A stretch of DNA of 64,000 bases from an uncultured Chloroflexia bacterium (GTDB taxonomy: Bacteria > Chloroflexota > Limnocylindria > Limnocylindrales > CSP1-4), in the NCBI GenBank assembly GCA_963713975.1, contig OY970218.1:1632001-1696000 (forward strand), written 5' to 3'. The notes beneath the pieces were generated by a model, which worked only from the letters and a program-made list of their open reading frames with translations, was not told the DNA's origin and searched no databases. The position numbers and the translations under genes are program-made. Shown one piece after another: positions 39,006 to 48,366 of the stretch; position 1 is the stretch's first letter; every line of letters starts with the position of its first letter.

Positions 39006-39335
39006 ATGTCGTCCATGGGCTTCACCCGGTTCCTGTTCGAGCTGTCTGCGGCGACCGACGACCGATCGCCACTCGAGCTCGTGGCGTTTGCTCGCAGCCA
39101 GGCCCAGCGGATGCGGGTAGCCGGCACACCCGTTCGCGTGATCCGTTCCCTCTATGTGCCCGAGGATGACGCCTGGTTCCTGCTCGTCGAGGGGAGATCT
39201 GCGGCCGCCGTGGAGGAGCTGGCCCGGGCATGCGGCGGCGCCCGCGACTCGATCCGCGCCTCCATCCCCATCGGGCCCGAGGCGGCGGCCGTTCCGAAGG
39301 CCCACCGGCCCCTCGGCCCAGCGAGGCGCGACTGA
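39006..39335 (+). CDS. small hypothetical protein (DUF4242-like)
   Basis: VRVIRSLYVPEDDAWFLLVEGRSAAAV. The start may be ATG 39015. Confidence 0.7.
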   Translation: MSSMGFTRFLFELSAATDDRSPLELVAFARSQAQRMRVAGTPVRVIRSLYVPEDDAWFLLVEGRSAAAVEELARACGGARDSIRASIPIGPEAAAVPKAHRPLGPARRD

Positions 39336-39452
39336 GGCACGAGCCGTCCGTCCCTTGACGCCGCGCCCGCACGGGGGAAGTGTTCGTGCCATCGTGGCCC
39401 TCGCGCGCTGCACAGGGTGGCCGCGCCAAAAGCCGGCTCACAGGGACAGGAC

Positions 39453-40589
39453 ATGACCGCCGACCGCCAATTCACCTTCGGCTTCCCGCGGATGTACAAC
39501 GAGCCCGGCGAGCGGCGCGCCTTCCTGCCGCCACTCATCGGACTGCTGGCGGGGCTGGATCATGACGTGTACGTGGAGGCGGGGAGCGGCACTGGCATGG
39601 GCATCCCGGACGATGCCTACGGCAGCCTGTCCCCAAGAGTCCACATCGTCGACGAGGCCACCGCGTACGGTCAGGACGTGGTGGTGGTCCTCCGGGCGCC
39701 GGAGGGGCGTTACGGGCTGATCCGGCGCGGTGCGATCCTCTTGTCGATGCTCCACTTCAACACCCGGCCGGAGCGGGTCGAGCTGCTGCGCGACCGCGGG
39801 ATCGAGGCGATCGCGCTGGACATGGTGGCCGGTGACGACGGGCGGCGCCTGGTGCAGAACCTGCGCGACGTGGCCCGCAACGGCCTGGCGACGGCGTTCG
39901 ATGCCCTCGAGCGACGTTGGCCGCCCCTGCTCTCGCCGACGCGCCCTGCCGTCAGCGTCACCATCCTCGGAGCCGGCGGCGTGGGCAAGCACGCCATCGA
40001 ATGGGCGGCGAAGTGCGGCAGCGACGAGCGCAATGCGCGGTTCATCCGCGACGGCCTGCCCGGCGTGGAGGTCGTGGTCGTCGAGCAGGGTCTTGCGGGC
40101 AACGAGGCCTACTTCCGGCACCGCCTGGCCCTGACCGACATCCTCGTGGACGCGACGGCGCGTCGCGACACGTCGCGACCCCTGTTCCCCAACACATGGC
40201 TCGGCTTCCTGCCCGCGCACGCGGTCGTCTGCGACCTGGCGGTGGATCCCTACCTGCTTGATGATGATCCGCCGGTCGTGCGCGGGATCGAGGGCATCCC
40301 GCAAGGCAACCTGGACCAGTGGGAGTTCGGCCCGGACGATCCTGCCTGGGACCGGCTGCCGCCCGGGATCCCGACCGCTCACCGGCGGACGGTGGTCTCC
40401 TGCTACTCGTGGCCGGGTGTCCAGCCCGAGGCGTGCATGGAGGCGTACGGCTCGCAGGTGACGCCGCTCCTCAAGACATTCATCTGGTATGGCGGGGTAG
40501 CGGCGATCGCCCCGGACGTCTCCTTCCATGGGCGGGCCCTGTGGCGCGCCAGCCTGCGGCACTGGCTGGAGGCGCACCCCGACGCGTGA
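39453..40589 (+). CDS. alanine dehydrogenase/PNT-superfamily NAD-dependent oxidoreductase, substrate unknown
   Basis: EPGERR, VYVEAGSG, MLH, ILGAGGVG, VCDLAVD; AGGA SD. Confidence 0.8.
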   Translation: MTADRQFTFGFPRMYNEPGERRAFLPPLIGLLAGLDHDVYVEAGSGTGMGIPDDAYGSLSPRVHIVDEATAYGQDVVVVLRAPEGRYGLIRRGAILLSMLHFNTRPERVELLRDRGIEAIALDMVAGDDGRRLVQNLRDVARNGLATAFDALERRWPPLLSPTRPAVSVTILGAGGVGKHAIEWAAKCGSDERNARFIRDGLPGVEVVVVEQGLAGNEAYFRHRLALTDILVDATARRDTSRPLFPNTWLGFLPAHAVVCDLAVDPYLLDDDPPVVRGIEGIPQGNLDQWEFGPDDPAWDRLPPGIPTAHRRTVVSCYSWPGVQPEACMEAYGSQVTPLLKTFIWYGGVAAIAPDVSFHGRALWRASLRHWLEAHPDA

Positions 40590-40691
40590 CGGGCGAACGG
40601 GGCGGCGATGATAGGGTCCGAGGGATCATCCGCCGATGACAAGCAAGGTGATGCAGCGTTGAGATCGAGCCGGGACCCCCGAGCTCCGGTG

Positions 40692-42794
40692 ATGGACGAA
40701 CGGTTGACGGCGGTCCTGAGCCGGATCTTCGGACCCGATGACGGCGCCCGCGGCCTCCCGATCCTCGACCTCTCGCCCTGGCTCCAAGCCGGTGTCGATC
40801 CGCTCGCGCAGGTGACGGCTGCGTTCATCGTGGTCGCCACCGGTACGGCCCATCCGGACCACGACCGGGCCTCGGACGTGCTGGCGAGGCCGCCGAAGGG
40901 ACCGGTCGCCAGACTCGCCGCCTTCTATCGCGTGGGGCTGGACCGGATGTCCGCCGAGCTCGAGCCCCTCACCGTCGACCACCCGGAGGCCGCCGCGCGG
41001 CTGCATGCAGCGGTCGCCGCGCTCGATGGCGCGACCAACGTCGAGGAGGCCCGGGAGGCCATCTGGACCGCGTTCTTCCCGCAGGCCGCGGGTATCCGGG
41101 GCAACGAGGAGGGACGCACCCGCGACCTGCGGGCGGCGCGGACGGTCACCGTGACCCGTCCTGCCCCGGACCCGATGACAGACCCTGCGCGTGACGTCCT
41201 GTTCACCTCTAACGTCCTGCTCACGGTCCCCGCCGGGACCACCGATATCGGGGCCCTGCCGTACCCGCAGCCAATGCGGGAGGCGATCGCGGCCGCGGCC
41301 GACGGCCCGCAGGGCTACTGGTTCGACCACCCGATCCAGCTTGGTGTGGAGCCGGCCGCCAACGAGCTGGCGTACGGGTTACGCGGCCTGGACGCGGCCG
41401 TGGATGTCGAGCCGGGGGCGGGACGTGTCACCTGCGTGCTCTCAGTGAGCGTCACGCACGATGGCCTGGGCCTGGTCGCCCGCCCGTACGTGGAGGCGGA
41501 GCTTGCGCGCGCAGGCGGGCTGCGCCACGTGGATGTCGTCGCGGTGGTGGAGGACGACGCCCGTCGGCTCGTGGACGAGGTGATCGTCCCTGCCCTTGCG
41601 CTCAGCCTGGGTGAGCCAGCCGCGCTGGCCGCCGCTCCCGGATTGCACAGCGTTCTTGGGGTGGACGGTGAGTACGGCCGCCACTACAGCTTCCTGAAGG
41701 CCATCGCCGCGCTCTGGCACGTCGCCGTCGACCCGTCCGTCCGGGCGACGTTCAAGATCGACCTGGACCAGGTCTTCCCGCAGGAGGTGCTCGTCGCGGA
41801 GACCGGCCTGACCGCGTTCGGCCATCTCGCCACCCCGTTGTGGGGTGCAGCCGGCCTCGACGCCGAGGGTCGCGACATCGAGCTCGGCATGCTCGCCGGC
41901 GCGTTGGTCAACGAGCGCGACATCCGGCGCGGCCTGTTCACGCCGGACGTGGACCTCCCAAGCCGCGACCCAAGCCTCGACGAGCATCTCGTATTCAGCA
42001 CCCTGCCGCAGGCCATCTCCACCCGCGCCGAGATGATGGAGCGCTATGACGGATCGGGTGTCGACGGGGTGGATCGGGCCCTCGAGCGGATCCACGTCAC
42101 CGGTGGCACGACCGGCATCCGGGTGGATGCCCTTCGTCGCCATCGACCGTTCAGCCCCACCTTCGTCGGCCGCGCCGAGGACCAGGCGTACGTCCTCTCG
42201 ACCCTGGGCCAACCGGGCCCACGGCTGGCCTACGCCCACGCGGCCGGCCTGATCATGCGCCATGACAAGGATGCCTTCGCCGGCGAGGCCATGGCCGCGG
42301 CCCACGTCGGCAAGCTCGTCGGCGACGACGTCCGGATCCTCACGTTCTCCGCGTACGCCGCGGCCGTGGCCGGGGATGGCCGTGCCGGCGCCCTTGACCG
42401 CGCCGCCCTCGCGCGCCTCCTGGATCCCTTCACCGGCGGGTTCGTCTCGGCCATTCCGGAGACGCTCGTGCTCCTGCGCGTGGCCCTGCGGACGCTCCGC
42501 ATGTTTGCCACCGGCGAGGCGAAGGACGCACGCGAGTACGCGATCGCCGCCGCGCGCCGTGTCGAGGAGGCGCTCCGGGAGCTGGGGGATGCCCCGGTGG
42601 TCGCCAGGCGTGTGCAGCAGGAGCGGATCGCCTGGGATCACTACTATGACGCGCTCGATGCCCTCGAGGCCGGGATCCAGGCTGGAGACGAACGTGCCCT
42701 GGAGCTGCGGGCGCGCGCCGTCGGGATCATCGACGGGTGCCGGGTCATGGGCGTGGTCCCCGAGCCGGCCTCCACGGAGGCCCGATCCGCGTGA
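40692..42794 (+). CDS. large hypothetical protein, possible GT-A fold
   Basis: Long ORF with coding-like codon use; FKIDLDQVF, HVTGG, GRAEDQAY, MRHDK. Start uncertain (40608-40692). Confidence 0.75.
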   Translation: MDERLTAVLSRIFGPDDGARGLPILDLSPWLQAGVDPLAQVTAAFIVVATGTAHPDHDRASDVLARPPKGPVARLAAFYRVGLDRMSAELEPLTVDHPEAAARLHAAVAALDGATNVEEAREAIWTAFFPQAAGIRGNEEGRTRDLRAARTVTVTRPAPDPMTDPARDVLFTSNVLLTVPAGTTDIGALPYPQPMREAIAAAADGPQGYWFDHPIQLGVEPAANELAYGLRGLDAAVDVEPGAGRVTCVLSVSVTHDGLGLVARPYVEAELARAGGLRHVDVVAVVEDDARRLVDEVIVPALALSLGEPAALAAAPGLHSVLGVDGEYGRHYSFLKAIAALWHVAVDPSVRATFKIDLDQVFPQEVLVAETGLTAFGHLATPLWGAAGLDAEGRDIELGMLAGALVNERDIRRGLFTPDVDLPSRDPSLDEHLVFSTLPQAISTRAEMMERYDGSGVDGVDRALERIHVTGGTTGIRVDALRRHRPFSPTFVGRAEDQAYVLSTLGQPGPRLAYAHAAGLIMRHDKDAFAGEAMAAAHVGKLVGDDVRILTFSAYAAAVAGDGRAGALDRAALARLLDPFTGGFVSAIPETLVLLRVALRTLRMFATGEAKDAREYAIAAARRVEEALRELGDAPVVARRVQQERIAWDHYYDALDALEAGIQAGDERALELRARAVGIIDGCRVMGVVPEPASTEARSA

Positions 42795-42856
42795 TCCGCA
42801 CCGCCCGCCGAGCGCCGCGCTACGTGCCCGGCGGCTCACCCGTGCCCGACGGAGCG

Positions 42857-43984
42857 CTACTCGCTGCGGTTCCGCTTGGCCTCGATCAGGGCGGCGTCAG
42901 CGGTCGCGGTGAGCTCGTCAAGGCTCTCGTTCGCGGTGAGCGCGGCCAGCCCCGCCGTGATCCCGACCCCGGTGGCATGGCGCATGGACTGGTCGATCAC
43001 GGAAATGCGGTGCTGCACCTCGTCCGTGTCGATCGATGAGATCCCGCAGATGAACTCGTCACCACCAAACCTCACGATCGGGTCATACGACCGGAGGTTG
43101 GCGCGCATGGTCGCTGCGAGCGTCCGGAGGATCCGGTCGCCGGCCGCGTGACCCTCCCGGTCGTTGACGCCCTTGAGCCCATCGACGTCGATGAAGGCGA
43201 TGACGAATTTGCCGTCGGCGCGTCGCGCCCGCTCGATCTCGTTCCTGAGCGCAAGCCGGCCGATCTCGCGTCGGAAGACGCCGGTCAGGGCATCGAGGTG
43301 GGCACGCTGGAGCTCGGCCTCCAGGCGGGCACGTTCGAGCGCGGCGTCATCGGGGACGTCAGATCCGGTCTCCCGCCCAGGGCTGAGGCGAGCGACCGCG
43401 ATCGAATCCCGCTCCACGGCCGCCTTGTCCCTGGAGTTCGCGATCGAGTCCCGCTCTACGGCCGCCTTGTCCCTGGTGTTCGCGATCGCGTCCCGCTCCG
43501 CGGCCGCCTTCTCGCGTGCCTCGACCGCGGCGGCCCGCTCCGCGGCTGCGAGCTCCTTCGACTCCACGGCGGCGGCGCGTGCCAGCGCGGCGCTGTGCAT
43601 CGTCTCGGCGATCTCCACCCGTTCCGCGGCGGCCTTCTCCTTGGCCTCGACGATCTCGGCGCGCTCCGCGGCGGCCCGGTACATCGTCTCGGCGATCTCC
43701 GCCCGATCCGCGGCCTCGCGCTCCCGCACCTCAGCGATCTCCGCTCGCTCCGCGGCAGCGCGGTACATGGCCTCGGCGATCTCCACCCGCTCGTCGGCCT
43801 CGCGCTCCCGCGCCTCGGCATCAACTTCCATCTCCGCGCCGGGGGTCCCGGATGTGTCGACGCTGGAGGCACTCGCATCCTCCGTGACGACCTGTTCCGC
43901 CGCGGCAGGTGTGATGGCGATCGAGGCGAGGAGGGACTCCTGCAGCTCCCGCGCCTTTCGCTTCTTCATCTTGCGCAGTTTCAC
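42857..43984 (-). CDS. cytoplasmic diguanylate cyclase with a coiled-coil repeat N-terminus
   Basis: DALTG, DVDGLKGVND, RSYD I-site, GGDEF. Confidence 0.88.
   Translation of the reverse strand: MKLRKMKKRKARELQESLLASIAITPAAAEQVVTEDASASSVDTSGTPGAEMEVDAEAREREADERVEIAEAMYRAAAERAEIAEVREREAADRAEIAETMYRAAAERAEIVEAKEKAAAERVEIAETMHSAALARAAAVESKELAAAERAAAVEAREKAAAERDAIANTRDKAAVERDSIANSRDKAAVERDSIAVARLSPGRETGSDVPDDAALERARLEAELQRAHLDALTGVFRREIGRLALRNEIERARRADGKFVIAFIDVDGLKGVNDREGHAAGDRILRTLAATMRANLRSYDPIVRFGGDEFICGISSIDTDEVQHRISVIDQSMRHATGVGITAGLAALTANESLDELTATADAALIEAKRNRSE
43395..43800 (-). repeat. about 9-10 degenerate 42-bp (14-aa) tandem repeats
   Basis: ERVEIAEAMYRAAA / ERAEIAEVREREAA / ... / ERDSIANSRDKAAV. 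Confidence 0.85.
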
Positions 43985-44224
43985 AGGAGACCTCGTTCGT
44001 CCGGAGGGCAGCCGAGCCGCGTTTGAGGTTGATGTCGCCGCGGCGCCTGAAGTACCAGGCCGCGCCGCCAGAGGTCCCGATTATCGCGTGACACGCAGGG
44101 CGATATCTGCACCAAACTGCCCCTTCTTCCGCGATTCCGGTGCGAGAACGCGCCAAGCGGGGTCGCGGTATCAGTCCTGGCGATGGCGCCCGATGGGCGT
44201 GCCGGCGGTTGATAGCCTTCAGGC

Positions 44225-45215
44225 ATGACCAAACCGACGTCACCTGCGTACGCGATCGCCGACGAGCTGCGGGACTTCCTCCTGGGCCTCCACCAGCCTG
44301 GATCTCGACGCCGGACAGGTCCACGAGATCGGGCTCGAACAGGTTGCCCGGCTCGAGGCCGAGTACCTGGCGATCGCCGCGCCGCTCCTGGGGACCACGA
44401 GCCTCGCGGGGATCTACGGGCGACTCCGTGACGACCCGGCGCTGCACTACCACGACGCCGACACGCTCGTCGCGGATGCCACCGACGCCCTCGCCCGCGC
44501 GACTGCCGCGGCTCCGGCATGGTTCGGCACGCAACCGCGGGCGACGTGCACGGCGAATCCCAGCCAGCAGGGCGGGCTCGCGTTCTACTCGCCGCCCACG
44601 CGGGAGGGCACCAAGAACGGCGAGTTCTTCTTCAACACCGCGGACCCGACGGTCTGGGGCACCTACCAGCTCCAGTCGGTGACGTTCCACGAGGGCGTTC
44701 CCGGCCACCACTTCCAGTTCGCCGTCGCCCAGGAGCTCCCCGGCCTGCACCCGATCCTGGCCGAGTACCTGGTCTTCTCGTACAACGAGGGATGGGGCCT
44801 GTACACCGAGCGCCTCGCCGACGAGATGGGCCTGTACACGACGGAGCTCGACCGGATCGGCATGCTCGCCGCCGACTCGATGCGGGCCTGCCGGCTGGTG
44901 GTGGACACGGGGATGCATGCTCTCGGCTGGACCCGCGACCAGGCCATCGCGTACTTCCTGGATCACTCGCCGATGACCCACGGGCAGGTGGTCGGCGAGG
45001 TCGACCGGTACATCGGCTGGCCCGGCCAGGCCTGCAGCTACATGCTGGGCCGGATCGCGATCGATGACATCCGGGCCAGGGCCGAGACCCGTCTCGGCGA
45101 CCGCTTCGACATCCGCGCGTTCCATGACGAGGTCCTCGCCGCCGGCTCGATCCCGCTCGAGTCGCTCCGCCGGACTATCGATGCCTGGGCTGAGGCGCTG
45201 GCGACGCGGCCCTGA
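44225..45215 (+). pseudogene. DUF885-family gene with a large internal deletion and frameshift
   Basis: Leaderless-type start MTKPTSPAYAIADEL is joined out of frame, near 44285-44295, to ...VHEIGLEQVARL...FHEGVPGHHFQ...YNEGWGLY...PGQACSY. Confidence 0.75.
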
Positions 45216-45489
45216 TCCCGACCTGGGTCAGCCACGCTCGGAGCCGGCAGGCGATGCGGCTGTGGATCGGACCGATGGTCAGCGAGCGTTGCCTGGACGC
45301 CAACCGTGACGCTCGGCACTCCGCCACGCTACAGCGTCACGCCGCCGACTCCCACGTGACTCACGCACAGAGGTACCGGGCTCGCCGCCCGCGCCGCCCG
45401 TGATCCCGGGGCGTGCGAAGACGCGCACCCTCGGGGCGCAGCGCACTGGTCATGGCAGGTCGGGACCACGTGGGCCGTATCCTCGTTCC

Positions 45490-46551
45490 GTGGAATCTGC
45501 ACGCCTGGCGGCCGTTGGCGGCCCGAGCTCCGGACGCGCCGCACGCACTGGGCCAATCGGGATCGCACTCGGCCCGGACACCGGCCGACTGACAGCCGAG
45601 CTCGTTGAGGCGGCGATGGCGGGCGCATCGGACCTTGGGCGCGATGCGCATCTCGTCCGCCGCGGCGACGACCAGTCCGAGCTCGGTGTGCTGCTCGGCA
45701 TCGGCAACCCGAGCAGCTTCCTGCCGATCCTCGTGGCCTCGCCGGTCTGCCCAAGGGTCATCTGGTCGGGCGAGCCGATCCCCGTGCGCGGTGAGCCGCC
45801 GGCCGGGCTCGTGGGCCGCATCGCCCGTTCGCCGCGCCTGGACGATCTTCGCCATCGATTGCAGCCGATCAAGGACCTGCCGCTTCCGGGCCCGCTTGCG
45901 CGAATGAGGGCTTCGGCGACGCTCGACCACCATCGGGCACGCTACGTGCGCGAGCTCGCGACGGTTGCCAGGACCGCGGACCGCGTGGTGGTCACGAGCC
46001 GTGATCGCAGGTCCGCCCTTCTCGAGCACGGGCTGACCGCAGTGGCGGTGCCGTTCGGGTACGTGGCCGCGACCGCCGGCCCGATCACGTCGCCGGGGGA
46101 GTGCGACCGGGACCTCGCCATCGTCTCGCTGGGGGTGCACGCCCCCCGGCTCGCGGGGCGGCGGTCACTGGTGGCCCGATGGCAGGCCGATGAGCCGCGC
46201 ATCACCGTCCTCGACGGCGTCTGGGGAGAGGAGCGCGGCAGCCTCCTCCGGCGCTCCCGTGTGGTCTTGAACGTGGGTCGGACGCCCGGCAATTTTGTCG
46301 GCGTGCGACTCGTCCTGGCCCTCGCCGCGGGAGCGGTGGTGGTCTCCGAGCCCATGGCCGACCCGTTCCCGTTCGTCGCCGGCGTCCACTTCGTGGAGGC
46401 GCCGCTCGATGGGCTCCTGGATGCGGCCCGGGAGCTCCACGCGGACGAACCGCGACGCCGGCGCATTGCCGAGGCAGGCCAGGCACTCCTGGTCGGTGAG
46501 CTGTCGATGTCCCGCTGCCTGCGCGCGGCCTTGGGTCCCTGGGCCGGCTGA
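45490..46551 (+). CDS. glycosyltransferase (GT-B, Glyco_trans_1_2/CgeB-like C-terminus)
   Basis: LRRSRVVLNV, RLVLALAAGAVVVSE, RRRIAEAG; TATCCT 6 nt before GTG 45490. Confidence 0.75.
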   Translation: MESARLAAVGGPSSGRAARTGPIGIALGPDTGRLTAELVEAAMAGASDLGRDAHLVRRGDDQSELGVLLGIGNPSSFLPILVASPVCPRVIWSGEPIPVRGEPPAGLVGRIARSPRLDDLRHRLQPIKDLPLPGPLARMRASATLDHHRARYVRELATVARTADRVVVTSRDRRSALLEHGLTAVAVPFGYVAATAGPITSPGECDRDLAIVSLGVHAPRLAGRRSLVARWQADEPRITVLDGVWGEERGSLLRRSRVVLNVGRTPGNFVGVRLVLALAAGAVVVSEPMADPFPFVAGVHFVEAPLDGLLDAARELHADEPRRRRIAEAGQALLVGELSMSRCLRAALGPWAG

Positions 46552-46553
46552 CC

Positions 46554-47666
46554 TCAGGCGGCTCCGTCGAATGCAAGGACGCCTTCGATGACCCGCTCGA
46601 CCTCGCCGTCCGTGAGGCCCGGGAAGAGCGGGATGGTGACCAGCTGTCGCCAGGCCGCCTCGGTCACCGGCAGCGCCCGTGAGTACGGGGCGTACAGCTC
46701 GTAGAGGTGCGTGGGCTTGTAGTGGACGCTCGTGGCGACTCCACGTCCGGCCATGTGATCGATGAACCTGTCGCGCTCGGGAACCCGGATGGCGTAGAGG
46801 TGCCACGCGGACCGGACATGGTCGAGCTCGACGGGGCGGGTCACCCAGTCCAGCCCGGCGAATGCATCCGAGTAGCGCCGCGCGATGGTCCGCCGCCGTT
46901 CGTTCGCCTCGGGCAGCCGCCGAAGCTGGACGAGGCCGATGGCGGCCGGGATGTCGCTGAGATGGCCCTTGAAGCCGATCTCCTCGAGGTCGTAGTCCCA
47001 GCGATAGCGGGTCCCGTCGGTTCGTTCCCACGTGCTCGCGCTCAGGCCCAGCCAGCGCGTGCGGCGCAGCCTCGCGGCGATGCCCGGGTCGGCCACGGTG
47101 ATCCCGCCGCCCTCGCCCATCGCCAGGTTCTTGACCGCGTGGAAGCTGAAGCAGGTCAGGTCGGCGATCGAACCGACCGGCTGGCCGCGGTAGGTCGCCC
47201 CGCACGCATGCGCCGCATCCTCGATCACCGTAAGGCCGTGCGCCCGGGCCAGGCCGCCGATCGTCCGGAGGTCCGCGGGATGGCCGCCGTAGTCCACCAC
47301 CATGATCGCGGCGGTGCGAGTCGTGATCAGCCGCTCGACGTCGGCCGGGTCGATGGTGAGCGTGTCGCGGTCCACGTCGGCGAAGACCGGAGTTCCGCCG
47401 GCCTGGAGGATGGCGTGGTTGGTGGACACGAACGTCAGGGCGGGCGTGATCACCTCCCGCCCCGCCAGGTCGAGGGCCGCAAGCGAGAGGAGGAGCGCCA
47501 TGCTCGCCGAGCTCGTGCCGACGCAGTGCGCCGCGCCGACCGCCTCCGCGAACCGGGCTTCGAACTCGGCGGTCTTCGGCCCGAGCCCCCACCAGCCAGA
47601 TCGGAGGACCTCGGCAACGGCGGCCTCTTCCTCTGGGCCGGCAGAGGGGCGGAACACGGGGATCAC
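46554..47666 (-). CDS. DegT/DnrJ/EryC1/StrS sugar aminotransferase
   Basis: IEDAAHACGA, FSFHAVKNL (PLP Lys), GEGG. Confidence 0.95.
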   Translation of the reverse strand: MIPVFRPSAGPEEEAAVAEVLRSGWWGLGPKTAEFEARFAEAVGAAHCVGTSSASMALLLSLAALDLAGREVITPALTFVSTNHAILQAGGTPVFADVDRDTLTIDPADVERLITTRTAAIMVVDYGGHPADLRTIGGLARAHGLTVIEDAAHACGATYRGQPVGSIADLTCFSFHAVKNLAMGEGGGITVADPGIAARLRRTRWLGLSASTWERTDGTRYRWDYDLEEIGFKGHLSDIPAAIGLVQLRRLPEANERRRTIARRYSDAFAGLDWVTRPVELDHVRSAWHLYAIRVPERDRFIDHMAGRGVATSVHYKPTHLYELYAPYSRALPVTEAAWRQLVTIPLFPGLTDGEVERVIEGVLAFDGAA

Positions 47667-47724
47667 TGGACGATCTTATGTCGAGGGGCCGGACGCGACC
47701 GTCGCGGCTGGTAGATTGGACCCC
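47667..47724. promoter_or_regulatory. divergent leaderless-type promoter pair
   Basis: TAAGAT (minus, 47678-47673) is 6 nt before GTG 47666; TAGATT (plus, 47712-47717) is 7 nt before GTG 47725. Confidence 0.65.
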
Positions 47725-48366
47725 GTGCTGGTACCACGCGTGATCCTGGTCGGGGCCGCCTCGTTCGCCGAGGAGGTCTCGGACCTCGCCGCGATGGCCG
47801 GCGTCGAGGTGGCGGCCTGGGTCGAGGGGCTGGACCGGTCCGTGGTTGACGCGGCGCACGACCCGCCGATCCTGTGGGTTGACGACCAGGCGGCGTTCGA
47901 GCCTGACCTGCCGATCCTGCCCGCCATCGGTTCGGTGCTGCGCATGGGCATCGTCCGCCGGCTCGTCGGCGAGGGCCGCCGGCTCGCCACGCTGGTCCAC
48001 CCGTCCGCCGTGGTGTCGCCATCGGCCGTGATCGAGCCCGGCTGCGTCATCTTCCCGCTCGTGGTCGTCGGCGCCCGCTCCCGCATCGGCGAAGGGACGG
48101 TCGTGAACCGCGGCACGCTCGTGGGCCACCACACGGAGGTCGGCAGGTACTCCTTCCTCGGGCCGGGCGCAAACGTCGCCGGCAAGGTCACTCTCGGGGA
48201 GCAGGTGCACGTGGGCGTCGGCGCGGTCGTGCGCGACCGTCTCCACGTCGGGGACCGATCCGTCATCGGGATGGGTGCGGTGGCGGTCAAGGACGTCCCG
48301 CCCGACGTGACGGTCGTCGGCATCCCGGCGGCGCAGAAGCGGCGCTCAGGAGAGGACGGCCAGTGA
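47725..48366 (+). CDS. NeuD/PglD-family hexapeptide sugar N-/O-acyltransferase
   Basis: AIG...R, TLVHPSAVVS, hexapeptide repeats, VGHH, KDVPPDVTVVGIPA. Confidence 0.92.
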   Translation: MLVPRVILVGAASFAEEVSDLAAMAGVEVAAWVEGLDRSVVDAAHDPPILWVDDQAAFEPDLPILPAIGSVLRMGIVRRLVGEGRRLATLVHPSAVVSPSAVIEPGCVIFPLVVVGARSRIGEGTVVNRGTLVGHHTEVGRYSFLGPGANVAGKVTLGEQVHVGVGAVVRDRLHVGDRSVIGMGAVAVKDVPPDVTVVGIPAAQKRRSGEDGQ

